Below the pieces are notes generated by a model. That model was not told the origin of the DNA and did not search any database. It worked only from the letters and a program-made list of their open reading frames with translations. A stretch of DNA of 64,000 nucleotides from Nitrospinaceae bacterium (lineage in GTDB: Bacteria > Nitrospinota > Nitrospinia > Nitrospinales > Nitrospinaceae), in assembly GCA_965237905.1 (NCBI GenBank), contig OZ250172.1:832001-896000 (forward strand). Direction: 5' to 3'. Positions 21,495 through 32,724 of this stretch are shown here, piece after piece (position 1 is the first letter of the stretch; each line of letters starts with the position of its first letter). The position numbers and the translations under genes were made by a program.

Positions 21495-21692
21495 CTAGTG
21501 TCGCAGTGCTGTTTCCAGAATCATTAACCGGCGTTTTAAGGCAGAGTCCGGCTTGGTGACCCCGGATTCATATTCTTCGAACGCTCGAGGAGCACAGTTA
21601 AATAATTCCTCAGCTTTAACTTGGGAAAGACCAAGGCTTTCCCGAATTATGCGGATTCGTTGTGGTGAAAATTTATCTTTATAAATAACCAT
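21495..21692 (-). CDS. Small XRE/MqsA-type HTH protein, paralogue of the N-terminus of the adjacent 1349-aa protein
   Basis: FSPQRIRIIRESLGLSQVKAEELF...AFEEYESGVTKP aligns with LSPKRIKTIREGLGLSQVEAGELI...AFTKYESGAIKP. Confidence 0.75.
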   Translation of the reverse strand: MVIYKDKFSPQRIRIIRESLGLSQVKAEELFNCAPRAFEEYESGVTKPDSALKRRLMILETALRH

Positions 21693-21832
21693 AGTGGTCC
21701 TTAGTCTAAATCTATACCATTATGGTCACAAGTCGACTGAGATGTCAACGGTGGGATATAATTTTTTTGGTTTGGGGGGTTTAAGCCCTCTCGCAGGCTA
21801 TATTTCCGTTTTCCTGAAGATGCAATCGGACG

Positions 21833-22852
21833 TTACACACAATAGGGCGGGATACCCTCTTCGACGGGTGTGCCGGGTTTGCCGTTCTTGATGTTCTGGA
21901 TGTTTTTGGCGGTGCCGGTGATCATTTTCTGGCGGGAGATTTCGATCTGCCGCATGATCTCGTCGGGTGAATCGGTGAGCAGGTTGCCGAACTTGGGCTG
22001 GCATTTCAAATTGCCGACGTCACAGCACGGGGTCATCTCCCCGGTTTGCTGGACGGTCATGATCTCGATGGTACCGCGCGGGATGGTGCACTCCAGCGTG
22101 TTGACGTCTTTCGGGAACGGTTGCGACACCATGGCCCGCTCTCCCCGCTCGTCGACATAAAACCCCAGGATCATATTGACCCCAAAGGTGAAGCCGCCGA
22201 CGGTGGTGTAGCTCTCGATATCTGCCATCGCGTTGTTGAATTCCGCTTCCGTGCATCCCGGCTTTTCTTTCACCAGTTGTTCGATCCGCTCGCGGTGGGC
22301 CTCCAGCAGGGTGAGGGTGGGATGAAACTTCGCCCCCTGCTCGCCAAAAAATTGCTTCATCGTTTCCAACTGAGTCAGCAGGTCCGGCACCTTTTCGAAA
22401 ATCATGTTCACGATCAATTCGTTCTGCAGTCCCAGGATTTCTTTCAGCAGAGGTTTTTGCCGTGATTCCCACACGGTGGGGTACAGGGTGAAATCGACCC
22501 GCCCGTGCAGTTTCATGATTTCCACCAGCCGCAACCAGCGTGAGTGCGTGTTCGATTGGATGTCGAGGTTGGTGTGCAGGCGGACGTTGGGCGAAATCCT
22601 GCGGAAGATGTTGAAAATTTCGACGAGGTGCGGATTCTGCGAAGGCTCGCCGCCGGTGAAGTTGATTTCCTGTTGGGCCAGCTGGTTGAACAGGTCGATC
22701 TGCTTGATCTTGTCCACCATCACCTGCGCCTGCTCCGGCAGGAGATGCCAGTCGCTCCGGTCGATCTTCGACAACGGCTCGTAGACGTGGCAGTACGTGC
22801 ACTCATCGCGCACGTAGCGGTTGCAATTGGCTTCGACAAATATATTCAGCAT
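21833..22852 (-). CDS. Radical SAM protein with C-terminal SPASM/twitch-like cysteines
   Basis: CNRYVRDECTYC (CX7CX2C), FTGGEP, LHTN and C-terminal GEMTPCC...FGNL. Confidence 0.8.
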   Translation of the reverse strand: MLNIFVEANCNRYVRDECTYCHVYEPLSKIDRSDWHLLPEQAQVMVDKIKQIDLFNQLAQQEINFTGGEPSQNPHLVEIFNIFRRISPNVRLHTNLDIQSNTHSRWLRLVEIMKLHGRVDFTLYPTVWESRQKPLLKEILGLQNELIVNMIFEKVPDLLTQLETMKQFFGEQGAKFHPTLTLLEAHRERIEQLVKEKPGCTEAEFNNAMADIESYTTVGGFTFGVNMILGFYVDERGERAMVSQPFPKDVNTLECTIPRGTIEIMTVQQTGEMTPCCDVGNLKCQPKFGNLLTDSPDEIMRQIEISRQKMITGTAKNIQNIKNGKPGTPVEEGIPPYCV

Positions 22853-22979
22853 GGCCTGAACCCGGCAAAACGGGGATTAACGATATCCCATTCTATAATC
22901 CGCTGTGCCGGTTCTTAAAGCAAAATCCACCTGAACGGGAGCGATTCCCAAAATACGCACCGGCTTGAGGCCCGTTCCG

Positions 22980-23178
22980 GGGAGGGCTTTGCATAAGTCG
23001 CTGGTTCAAACGTCAGGATAACGTGCTTGATATCTCCTCTCCCCAAGGGAGCACCCGCGGGGTGACGGATTAAGGTGAGGGGGCTTTAAAAACCAAACAA
23101 TTTCAAGGGCATGAAGCAGACCACCCCTCACCCTGCCTGTCACCCTGTGGGTGCTCCCCATGAGGGGAGAGGGGATGG
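22980..23178 (-). repeat. ~190-bp REP/MITE-like element, copy 2 (inverted)
   Basis: Reverse complement matches 14537-14720 with scattered substitutions and small indels. Confidence 0.8.
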
Positions 23179-23346
23179 GGGTTTTCATCGAGCTGGGGAA
23201 AACCGGATTATGCAAATGTCTCATTCCGGGGAGCCGGGCAAGGCCCGGAGCAAATTTAAAACCTTTCAGGTGTGCCCAATGACTGTCGTCCGCAGGCATC
23301 GGTCAACCCGTTGCCCCCCTCGCTAGAGGGGCCAGCGTCACGCTGG

Positions 23347-23733
23347 TTACTTCTTGCGTTTGGCCTTGGCCTTCCGGGGTTTGCCGTGGTGTTCGGCGCT
23401 GACGGTGGTGTAGATGCCGCCGCGCACGAAGAACTCACCCTCCACCTGCATCCATCGTGGCTGGCAGGCGGCCACCAGGTCGTCCAGAATCTTGTTGACC
23501 ACCGCCTCGTGGAACGCGCCCTCGTTGCGATACGACCAAAGATACAGCTTGAGCGACTTCAACTCGATGCATTCGTGGTCGGGCACATAATGGATATCGA
23601 TATGGGCGAAATCCGGCTGGCCGGTGCGCGGGCACAGGCAGGTGAACTCCGGGCACTCCATATGGATCTCATAATCCCGGTCCGGATAGGGGTTCAGGAA
23701 CACTTCCAGCTCTTGAGCGGCTTGTTTTTTCAT
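23347..23733 (-). CDS. queF: 7-cyano-7-deazaguanine reductase (preQ1 synthase)
   Basis: [28 protein letters not shown] and RGGI motifs. Confidence 0.96.
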   Translation of the reverse strand: MKKQAAQELEVFLNPYPDRDYEIHMECPEFTCLCPRTGQPDFAHIDIHYVPDHECIELKSLKLYLWSYRNEGAFHEAVVNKILDDLVAACQPRWMQVEGEFFVRGGIYTTVSAEHHGKPRKAKAKRKK

Positions 23734-23820
23734 AATTTTCAGTTTTTTCAGGTTTTTTGAGTTTTTTTTCGGTCCCGGCCTTGCTTTTTGGTTCTGGGAT
23801 TTTATTTATGATAGTATCTA

Positions 23821-23847
23821 TTAGCACTTGCGGCCGAGGAGTGCTAA
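23821..23847 (+). promoter_or_regulatory. CIRCE operator (HrcA binding site)
   Basis: TTAGCACTT-N9-GAGTGCTAA, one mismatch to consensus, upstream of groES. Confidence 0.93.
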
Positions 23848-24000
23848 TTTCCGGTACCCCCAACTGGCCAAAACCACATAACTTGTTATTTTAAAAGGAT
23901 TTGCAAATCCATCGCCGTCATTATCGTTTTGATTCAAAACGTTTATTGAATAGGTTTTAACTCAGAATTTGAATTCTATCACTATTTATAAGGAGTTGTT

Positions 24001-25987
<1,987 letters not shown>

Positions 25988-26016
25988 TTCCGTTTTACCT
26001 TAAGTATGAAACACCG

Positions 26017-26047
26017 ACCCCCGGTCCTCGGACCGGGGGTTTTTTTT
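26017..26047 (+). terminator. Rho-independent terminator after groEL
   Basis: acccccggtc-ctcg-gaccgggggt followed by a T-run. Confidence 0.9.
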
Positions 26048-26368
26048 ATAAATTTGACTTTTCGGCGATAACCATATAATATCTTATAAATCAATTAGTT
26101 GGATGGTATCCGAATTCGGTTTTCGGATGAATGAATCGCACTGGAGAGGAGCTTCACCCGACCCGGTAAGGGACACCCCCGCCTTTTTCATCCCCTCTAA
26201 ACTTTTTTCTCCAGTTGTGTTAAATTCAGGGGCTCGATGTGGCCAAGCATTACTGTTTGCTCTTCATCTGATAACCATTTTTTAAACATCAACCTCCCCT
26301 GCTGGGTTCTATTGAACTGTCTGCCCCCCACTCACCGATACCGCAATCCCCGACGCCGACTGTTTGCA

Positions 26369-27499
26369 GTGAGGTTTTTGATTCTGCTTCTTGGGTCCGT
26401 ATTCCCGGCAAGTCCCGCTGGAGCGGAATCTCCGCTGTCGCTGGTGATCGAAAACCAGACCTACGTTTACAACCAGGAACGCGCCAGGGAAGTGGATTTG
26501 AGTTTGCAGACCGAAGGGTTCACTTTGATCGGAAACCTGTCCAGGGCATTCTTCCGGTACGAGATCAAAAAGGGATTGCGGGTCGAGGCGGGGGTTCTGT
26601 GGAATTTCGAGTTTGGCGAGGACAATGTCCCCGACGAGGTGGACCCAATTATTTCCCTGCACTATGCCTTTGCCCAGGATTGGTTGTTCACCGCCGGAAC
26701 CATTGACCGGAACCATCCCCTGCACGACGCGTTTTTCAACGATAACCTGCGCTATATCGAACCCATCGAGCAGGGGTTTCAAATCAAGGCCGATTCCCGG
26801 CATATCCGGCAGGACCTGTGGCTGAGCTGGGAGGAACGGGAAACCGACACTCAGCGCGAAAAATTTTCTATCGGCAATGTCACTCAATTGAAGGCGGAAG
26901 GTTTCATGCTGGAGGGGCAGCTCTACTGGGTACATCTGGGTGGCCAGAGAAACTCCGGTCCCGGAGTGTTCAACAATTTAAGTGTGGGCGTGGGCGGCGG
27001 CTACACTTATCGTCCGGAAAAACCCGGCGGCAGTCTCGATTGGCTCGATGAAATCGGGTTCACCGTTCATTACCTGCAAAATACCGACAGTCCGCCGGCA
27101 TTACCAGAGGTGGACGATGAGGGCATGGCCTACCGCGGTTTTTTGACCGTCTGGGATACGTATGTTTATTATCAGCATTGGCGGGGGGGCAGTCTCAATT
27201 TCAATTCGCCCCGCGGAGATATCACCCTACCGGGCATAGCGCTGGCCAAGGGCGATCCCCTGTACCGTGCGCGGATTTATGATGAGGTGGGCATCATCAA
27301 AACCTGGGAACTGGCGGATGAAGTGATCGCGACTCTGGATGTCCGGGGACAGTTTACGTTGGGACGGTTTCAACCCATCGTGGCGGTTAACATCACCTGG
27401 AGGCCGAAGTTTCCACTGTTTGAGGAATATTTTAAAACCCGCACGCCGCCCCAATCCGAAACGATCGAGCCTCCCATCGGTCGGCCTTACGGTTTTTGA
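26369..27499 (+). CDS. Exported protein, probable outer-membrane beta-barrel
   Basis: Signal-peptide-like N-terminus from GTG 26369; alternating aromatic/hydrophobic strands; start uncertain. Confidence 0.55.
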   Translation: MRFLILLLGSVFPASPAGAESPLSLVIENQTYVYNQERAREVDLSLQTEGFTLIGNLSRAFFRYEIKKGLRVEAGVLWNFEFGEDNVPDEVDPIISLHYAFAQDWLFTAGTIDRNHPLHDAFFNDNLRYIEPIEQGFQIKADSRHIRQDLWLSWEERETDTQREKFSIGNVTQLKAEGFMLEGQLYWVHLGGQRNSGPGVFNNLSVGVGGGYTYRPEKPGGSLDWLDEIGFTVHYLQNTDSPPALPEVDDEGMAYRGFLTVWDTYVYYQHWRGGSLNFNSPRGDITLPGIALAKGDPLYRARIYDEVGIIKTWELADEVIATLDVRGQFTLGRFQPIVAVNITWRPKFPLFEEYFKTRTPPQSETIEPPIGRPYGF

Positions 27500-27538
27500 A
27501 TGGGGCCCGATTTGCCGTCGGAGCTCCTGCCCTCCAAG

Positions 27539-28318
27539 TCATTCATACTTTTCCGGCGAGGAGGTTCCCCGAATCTGATCATATATCCCGCGCAGGTGGC
27601 CCCGGGCGCTTTTTAAAGTCTCATAAACCCACCCACGGTCGTAATAATAAATAATCATCAACGTGTTCCGGGGTTTGTCATCCGGCCGCATTAGACGAAC
27701 GCTGTGCCAACTGTCGGGTGTCACGCCAAAGGCATAGCCGGAATTGGGCGCAAACGACATCACCTTCCCTTCGTCGAACGAACCATCCGGCTGTTTCTCA
27801 TGAAAAAGTGTGCCGAGATGAACCTGAGATTCATCGGCAGGAAAATAGAACTGAGTCGTGATCGCCTTGCGGTGGGAGTCGGGGTGTATCGTGATTTTGT
27901 AACCGGGAGTATCCCGGAACAAGACCGGGAAAGAATTGATTTTTATTTTTTCAATAGGTCGTCCCGTGGCCCTTTGAAGAACTTCTGCGAATTTTTGTTT
28001 GTACGCGAAGTTAACGGGTGAGGACTTCATTTGATGGGCGATTTCATGCCAGAAGGTCCTCTGGCTCCCCGGCAACCGGTTGATATTGGCGGGCAACAGA
28101 TCAAACTTCAAGCGGGCGCTTCGGCCATCCGGAAGCAGGGCGTCATGGTGCCGCAATTCACGATATAATTCTGAGCCAGGGAGATTCTCCAGTATTTCGG
28201 GATAGAGTGCCGGGTCGAACGGGGAAACCAGCTCCAGATGTCCAAAAGGACACCTGCTGAGAGGGGTGTCGTGAACTCGCTCACTCAGGTATTGGCCAGC
28301 CTGCTCGAGAGTACCCAT
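27539..28318 (-). CDS. 2OG-Fe(II) oxygenase-like protein
   Basis: HPD...WHSV facial-triad pattern and a late Arg (PRNTL). Confidence 0.65.
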   Translation of the reverse strand: MGTLEQAGQYLSERVHDTPLSRCPFGHLELVSPFDPALYPEILENLPGSELYRELRHHDALLPDGRSARLKFDLLPANINRLPGSQRTFWHEIAHQMKSSPVNFAYKQKFAEVLQRATGRPIEKIKINSFPVLFRDTPGYKITIHPDSHRKAITTQFYFPADESQVHLGTLFHEKQPDGSFDEGKVMSFAPNSGYAFGVTPDSWHSVRLMRPDDKPRNTLMIIYYYDRGWVYETLKSARGHLRGIYDQIRGTSSPEKYE

Positions 28319-28462
28319 GGGTAAATTGGAGGGTCTGGTAAAAAATAGTTATTAACATCCAAGCGGATCATCCGCTCAAACCAAGCCTGTGGAATTCATG
28401 TTGAACGTCGTGGTTTTGAACCCCATACGTCTTCGATGGGAAGCATCGTATGCCATTCAATT

Positions 28463-29482
28463 TTACGACAGAGAATTCCGATCTATTTTTTCCATCAGAT
28501 GATCCAGAATTTCCTTGCCACTGGCAAATCGGTTCGAGGCTCCTTTTTCTCTGAACCATCGGCGCATTTTGTTCAGAATCTGGTAATAGGGGTAGCGGGA
28601 AAAATAATGCTTTAAAGTGGTTCTTCGGGCCACTATATTTTTGATCCGCTCAAAATTCCCATCTATTTCAGCCTGGACTTCCCGGGGTGCCGCGCCATTT
28701 TTTTTGAAAATCTGACGGATATTGCCCCCGTCTCCGGGTATTGCTTTCTCGACCACTGTAAATCCCGCCCGCTCAGCCATTCGGCTCAATGTGGATTGAT
28801 TGAAATTATACAAATGCGCCGTATGGAAAGTATTGTTGGGCGATTGGCAGGTGGCCTCAACGTTCGGCACCTCAATGACCAGTAACCCATCGGTGGCCAG
28901 AAAAGAATGAATTCTTTTCAGGATGTCCGCCGGGTTGTCCATGTGCTCAAAAACATGCCACAGAGTGACCATCTCGAATGAGTTCTCTTCGAATTGAGTA
29001 TTTTGAAGAAAGCCGACTTTAATATTCAGCTGATATTCACTCTTCGCGTATTCCGCGTAACCTTCATTGGGCTCGATGCCGAAGGCGTTATAACCCAATT
29101 TATTCAGCAGATATAAAAACTCGCCTCCTCCCGAACCCACCTCCAGAACCCTCCAGCGGGGCTTTAACAAATGCTTGAGCAGATTGAAACGGCCCAAGGC
29201 CGCATGGGCGGATCTGAAAATATGTTTTTTCTTTGGGGTATACGTCCCTTTATATCGAATGCGATAGTGCTTTTGATAATAATTATAGGGATCAATGAGA
29301 AAAGGATGGCTCCAAACTAACCCGCATTTTTTGCAAATGACGGTATTGAGGGGTTGGTTTCCTCTTCCAATAGCGCACAAAACATCGTATTCCGTTGAAC
29401 CGCACAGGTTGCATTGACTGGAGAGACTTATGGTTGGGGGGGGTTCCAGGGAATCCGGCTTTGAGTGATCGAGAGCGGGCAT
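28463..29482 (-). CDS. Class I SAM-dependent methyltransferase with N-terminal Cys4 motif
   Basis: CNLC...CKKCGL, VLEVGSGGG, WHVFEH and IEVPN motifs. Confidence 0.88.
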   Translation of the reverse strand: MPALDHSKPDSLEPPPTISLSSQCNLCGSTEYDVLCAIGRGNQPLNTVICKKCGLVWSHPFLIDPYNYYQKHYRIRYKGTYTPKKKHIFRSAHAALGRFNLLKHLLKPRWRVLEVGSGGGEFLYLLNKLGYNAFGIEPNEGYAEYAKSEYQLNIKVGFLQNTQFEENSFEMVTLWHVFEHMDNPADILKRIHSFLATDGLLVIEVPNVEATCQSPNNTFHTAHLYNFNQSTLSRMAERAGFTVVEKAIPGDGGNIRQIFKKNGAAPREVQAEIDGNFERIKNIVARRTTLKHYFSRYPYYQILNKMRRWFREKGASNRFASGKEILDHLMEKIDRNSLS

Positions 29483-29659
29483 AAGGGCATCGGGAACGAA
29501 ACTTCTATTTATGAAATGACGTTTTTATTCTCAGGGTGTCCAAAATCCAATCTAAAACAGGGAATTCACTTTATCGACAGCTCCAAGATTTTCCATAGAC
29601 ACCAGTATTATATTATAACACGATGATAGCCGCGGCAACCACGAATCCGCTGGATCGCC

Positions 29660-30388
29660 CTACGGTTTTTGAGTGAGGTCCGGTTTGCCGTCGAAGTTCC
29701 GGTCCTTTTCCACGCGAGTGGTTTTTCCGTTTTTATCCAGAAATTCCCAATAGTCAGCTTTGTCATCGTGGTTGGTGTCATAGGCCACGCGCTCCAATTT
29801 TTCCGAAGCATTGAAATACTGCCACTGATCGGGTTTTTGGTCGCCGTTGGTATCGAACGCGGCCTCCGCTATTGTTTTCTGACGAAACCGGTCCCAACGA
29901 TCCACCTTCCCATTATGGTCAACGTCATACTCCGCCCTTTCCAAGACACCCTGATCGTTATAAAACTTCCAGGCATTGATCTTGCCGTCGTGGTTGTCGT
30001 CGATTTCCCCGCGCACTAATTTTCCTGCCGGGTTGTAAAATTCCTTCCAATCGATTTCACCATCGTTGTCGGAATCTTTTTCGATGCGGTCCACCTGATT
30101 CTTCCCGGAATAATACTGGATCTGATCGAACGTCCCATTGTGATCCGTATCAAATTCGATGCGGTCCAGTTTCTTGTCCGACTTGAAGAACTGCACCTGG
30201 TCGACTGCGCCGTTGTAGTTCAGATCATACTCCACCTTAAGAATCTGACCGGAGGCGGAGACATGATGCCATTGATCGACCTTACCGTCGAAATTGGAGT
30301 CCACCTCCATCCTGCCGGCGAACAGGAGAGTGGGACAGACCAGGCACCACCCCACAATTGCGAATATCCAAAACAATTTTTTGCGCAC
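29660..30388 (-). CDS. Exported protein with nine Dx[DN]x[DN]G-type repeats
   Basis: Signal peptide followed by ~23-aa repeats such as DSNFDGKVDQW, DTDHNGTFDQI and DVDHNGKVDRW. Confidence 0.75.
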   Translation of the reverse strand: MRKKLFWIFAIVGWCLVCPTLLFAGRMEVDSNFDGKVDQWHHVSASGQILKVEYDLNYNGAVDQVQFFKSDKKLDRIEFDTDHNGTFDQIQYYSGKNQVDRIEKDSDNDGEIDWKEFYNPAGKLVRGEIDDNHDGKINAWKFYNDQGVLERAEYDVDHNGKVDRWDRFRQKTIAEAAFDTNGDQKPDQWQYFNASEKLERVAYDTNHDDKADYWEFLDKNGKTTRVEKDRNFDGKPDLTQKP

Positions 30389-30478
30389 GGTCACTCCCGA
30401 AAGGAAACAATGCGCAAATTGTAGCATGACCCACCGGAGGACAAATGACTTTTATCGAAAGGAGATGAGGATGGTTTT

Positions 30479-30979
30479 TTAACTCAACTGATTGATTTTG
30501 GCCTCAATCATTTTTTGAGTGATACCGCCGCCGAATATTTTTTCCCGTATAACACCATCGGGTGTAATGAAATAGGTAACCGGCAGGTGGAGCACCTCAT
30601 ATTCCTGGGAGACATCTCCATAGCCGTCCAGCAAAATAGGAAAACTCAAACGATTGATCTGCACAAATTCACCAATCTTTTCCTTGGATTCGGCAAGGTT
30701 GATTCCAATGATTTTAACTTTGGGATTTAAAGACTCATGGGCCTTTTGGAATTCAGGCAATTCTTTGATACATGGAACGCACCAGGTAGACCAAAAATTA
30801 AGGACAACGAATTGTCCTTTCAAATCGGACATTTTTACAATTTGACCATCCACGGCTTCCAACTTGAAAGTCGGGGCCGGCCCGCCCACCAGGGGCGGGG
30901 ACGCAGCCATTCCGACTAAAAAGAGACTTAAAAACACCACCCGAGCGCATCGGGATTTTGCAAACGATTTAGAAGCCAT
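30479..30979 (-). CDS. TlpA-family thiol-disulfide reductase
   Basis: LNFWSTWCVPCIKELP and LPVTYFI motifs; N-terminal anchor. Confidence 0.9.
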   Translation of the reverse strand: MASKSFAKSRCARVVFLSLFLVGMAASPPLVGGPAPTFKLEAVDGQIVKMSDLKGQFVVLNFWSTWCVPCIKELPEFQKAHESLNPKVKIIGINLAESKEKIGEFVQINRLSFPILLDGYGDVSQEYEVLHLPVTYFITPDGVIREKIFGGGITQKMIEAKINQLS

Positions 30980-31967
30980 AAGAAATCCCCGCCATTAATC
31001 CAAAATTCGGAACCAGATTCACCTCGTTGACTCTCTGGTAGATCGGAATTTGGACATGAGTGTATAAAGAAACATTTTCCGAGGCGGTTAACACCACGCC
31101 CGGCGTAACATTTATAAAGGTGACCCCGGTATTCGGCACGTCCATACCCAAAAACTCGTCGCGCCGGGAAATCCTCGTATTGATTTGGGTGATCAGATTA
31201 ATTTTCTCGTTTAACTGGTAACTGACCCCTCCATCAATAAAGGTGCTGTCCCCAAATTCATAATCCAGGGAATTTTCAGTGGTGAACCGGTGGGACGCCG
31301 ATGCAAAAAAGCCCAACTTATTGGGAATGAGGGAAAAATTATAAAGCGCCGAGATGATCGGGTCGGTCGAGCCCGTGCCCGGCATGATGGTCGGCTCGTT
31401 GATTTCCCCTTCCGAGTTTAATAATTTGAAATCCCCGGTGGCAAATTTGACCCCGGCACCCGCGATCACCAAGTGCTTGGTCGTCTGCAACACGGCATAT
31501 TTTGCCATTAACGTAATGTCGCCAAAACCACTGGTCCCGTCCTGATTGGTGAATTCTGGTGGGGGCACAGGACCAGGCAAACCATCAATATGCTCATGCT
31601 TCCGGTCATTCAAAAAGGGCACGTTCACAGAAATAGTGAAACGCTCTGTCACGCCATAGCTGATATCGAGTTGGGCGAGTTCATTAATCGTTCTAAACTC
31701 CCTGTGGTGCTCCGGCTCAATCGCCCCGTCTTCAAATTCCACTTTGGCCACGTCCACATTCCCGTCAAAATCACTAGAGCCTTTTTTTCTGTCATCCTGA
31801 CGGATATAGCGATACGACAAATCCACCACGAACCGTCCTTCGTTGGCCAGGCCCGACTGGGATCCTCTGATCAAAGTACAATTGGAGGACCCACAACTGG
31901 CTTCAGCCAGTGAAATCAAATTCATCGTAAGAAAAATAGAAGTAATAACCATGCACAGCTTTTTCAT
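30969..31967 (-). CDS. Outer-membrane channel/transporter-family beta-barrel with Cys/His motifs
   Basis: Signal peptide, CGSSNC, HHRE, HEH, GFGDITL, GTGSTD and C-terminal ISYGF. Confidence 0.7.
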   Translation of the reverse strand: MKKLCMVITSIFLTMNLISLAEASCGSSNCTLIRGSQSGLANEGRFVVDLSYRYIRQDDRKKGSSDFDGNVDVAKVEFEDGAIEPEHHREFRTINELAQLDISYGVTERFTISVNVPFLNDRKHEHIDGLPGPVPPPEFTNQDGTSGFGDITLMAKYAVLQTTKHLVIAGAGVKFATGDFKLLNSEGEINEPTIMPGTGSTDPIISALYNFSLIPNKLGFFASASHRFTTENSLDYEFGDSTFIDGGVSYQLNEKINLITQINTRISRRDEFLGMDVPNTGVTFINVTPGVVLTASENVSLYTHVQIPIYQRVNEVNLVPNFGLMAGISYGF

Positions 31968-32118
31968 TATTGCGTTTCCTTTCTAAAAATAGAGCGGGGC
32001 AACCGTCCGATGAATGCGCCTTGTCCTTCTTAAAGGAGAAAACTCAGGCCACAAGAAATTGAAGTACAACGGACTGGCAATGATTACGAACTAGAGTTTG
32101 AAATACTAAAAGGTGGGA

Positions 32119-32580
32119 TTAGAGAACCCGGGGCGGGCGGTCGAGGGAATGGGAATAGAAAGGATCGTAAAAAACAGCCGGGCTTATGGGGATCACAGCC
32201 ATCTGCAAGTCATCTTCTACCGAAGCCACCGGAATCAGAAACCGGAGGGAATCCCCAACGGACCGGGAAGATGGCGCCTGGAAGGGCCCGCCACCGCATT
32301 CGTTGGTTAAATAGCCGTTGTCTTTCCCCTCTGCAGGAATCTTATGGTGTGGACAGGGAAGCAGAGGATTGTGCCCCAGCAATTCACAATGCAGACGTTT
32401 ATCCCCCAGTTTGACCTCAAAGGGAGAAACGGCTTTGGGGGCTTGAGAATAAAAGGGCGCTCCATCAGTGACTATCGCAGGGTGTGCGTGGCTGTGAGAG
32501 TGCATCGACCCCGCCGTAGCGGTCGACGCCATCAGGATCACCCAGAAACAGGCCAACAATATGATTCGTCTGGCATTCAT
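32119..32580 (-). CDS. His/Cys-rich exported protein with C-terminal RPPR (DUF2946/CruR/CutF-like)
   Basis: Signal peptide, HSHSHAH, HC...CPHH and terminal SLDRPPRVL. Confidence 0.6.
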   Translation of the reverse strand: MNARRIILLACFWVILMASTATAGSMHSHSHAHPAIVTDGAPFYSQAPKAVSPFEVKLGDKRLHCELLGHNPLLPCPHHKIPAEGKDNGYLTNECGGGPFQAPSSRSVGDSLRFLIPVASVEDDLQMAVIPISPAVFYDPFYSHSLDRPPRVL

Positions 32581-32724
32581 GTGCTCATCTTATCAATCCC
32601 GTGAATTTTTGCAAGATTTTTGTATTTTTCCAGTCATTGAACCCCACGGGTACTATATGAGACACTAAGATGTATTGTTTTATTCCCACTTACCCGGAAA
32701 AACCGGGCGTCCCAAACAGGAATT

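Noticed and set aside
17406..21692. Classical MqsRA toxin-antitoxin pair
   Set aside because: No MqsR-like toxin ORF and no MqsA zinc-finger domain; only the HTH is similar
21833..23733. queF plus radical SAM as a 7-deazaguanine DNA-modification (dpd) system
   Set aside because: No dpdA/tgt-like, queC, queD or folE genes nearby; QueF normally serves tRNA queuosine synthesis
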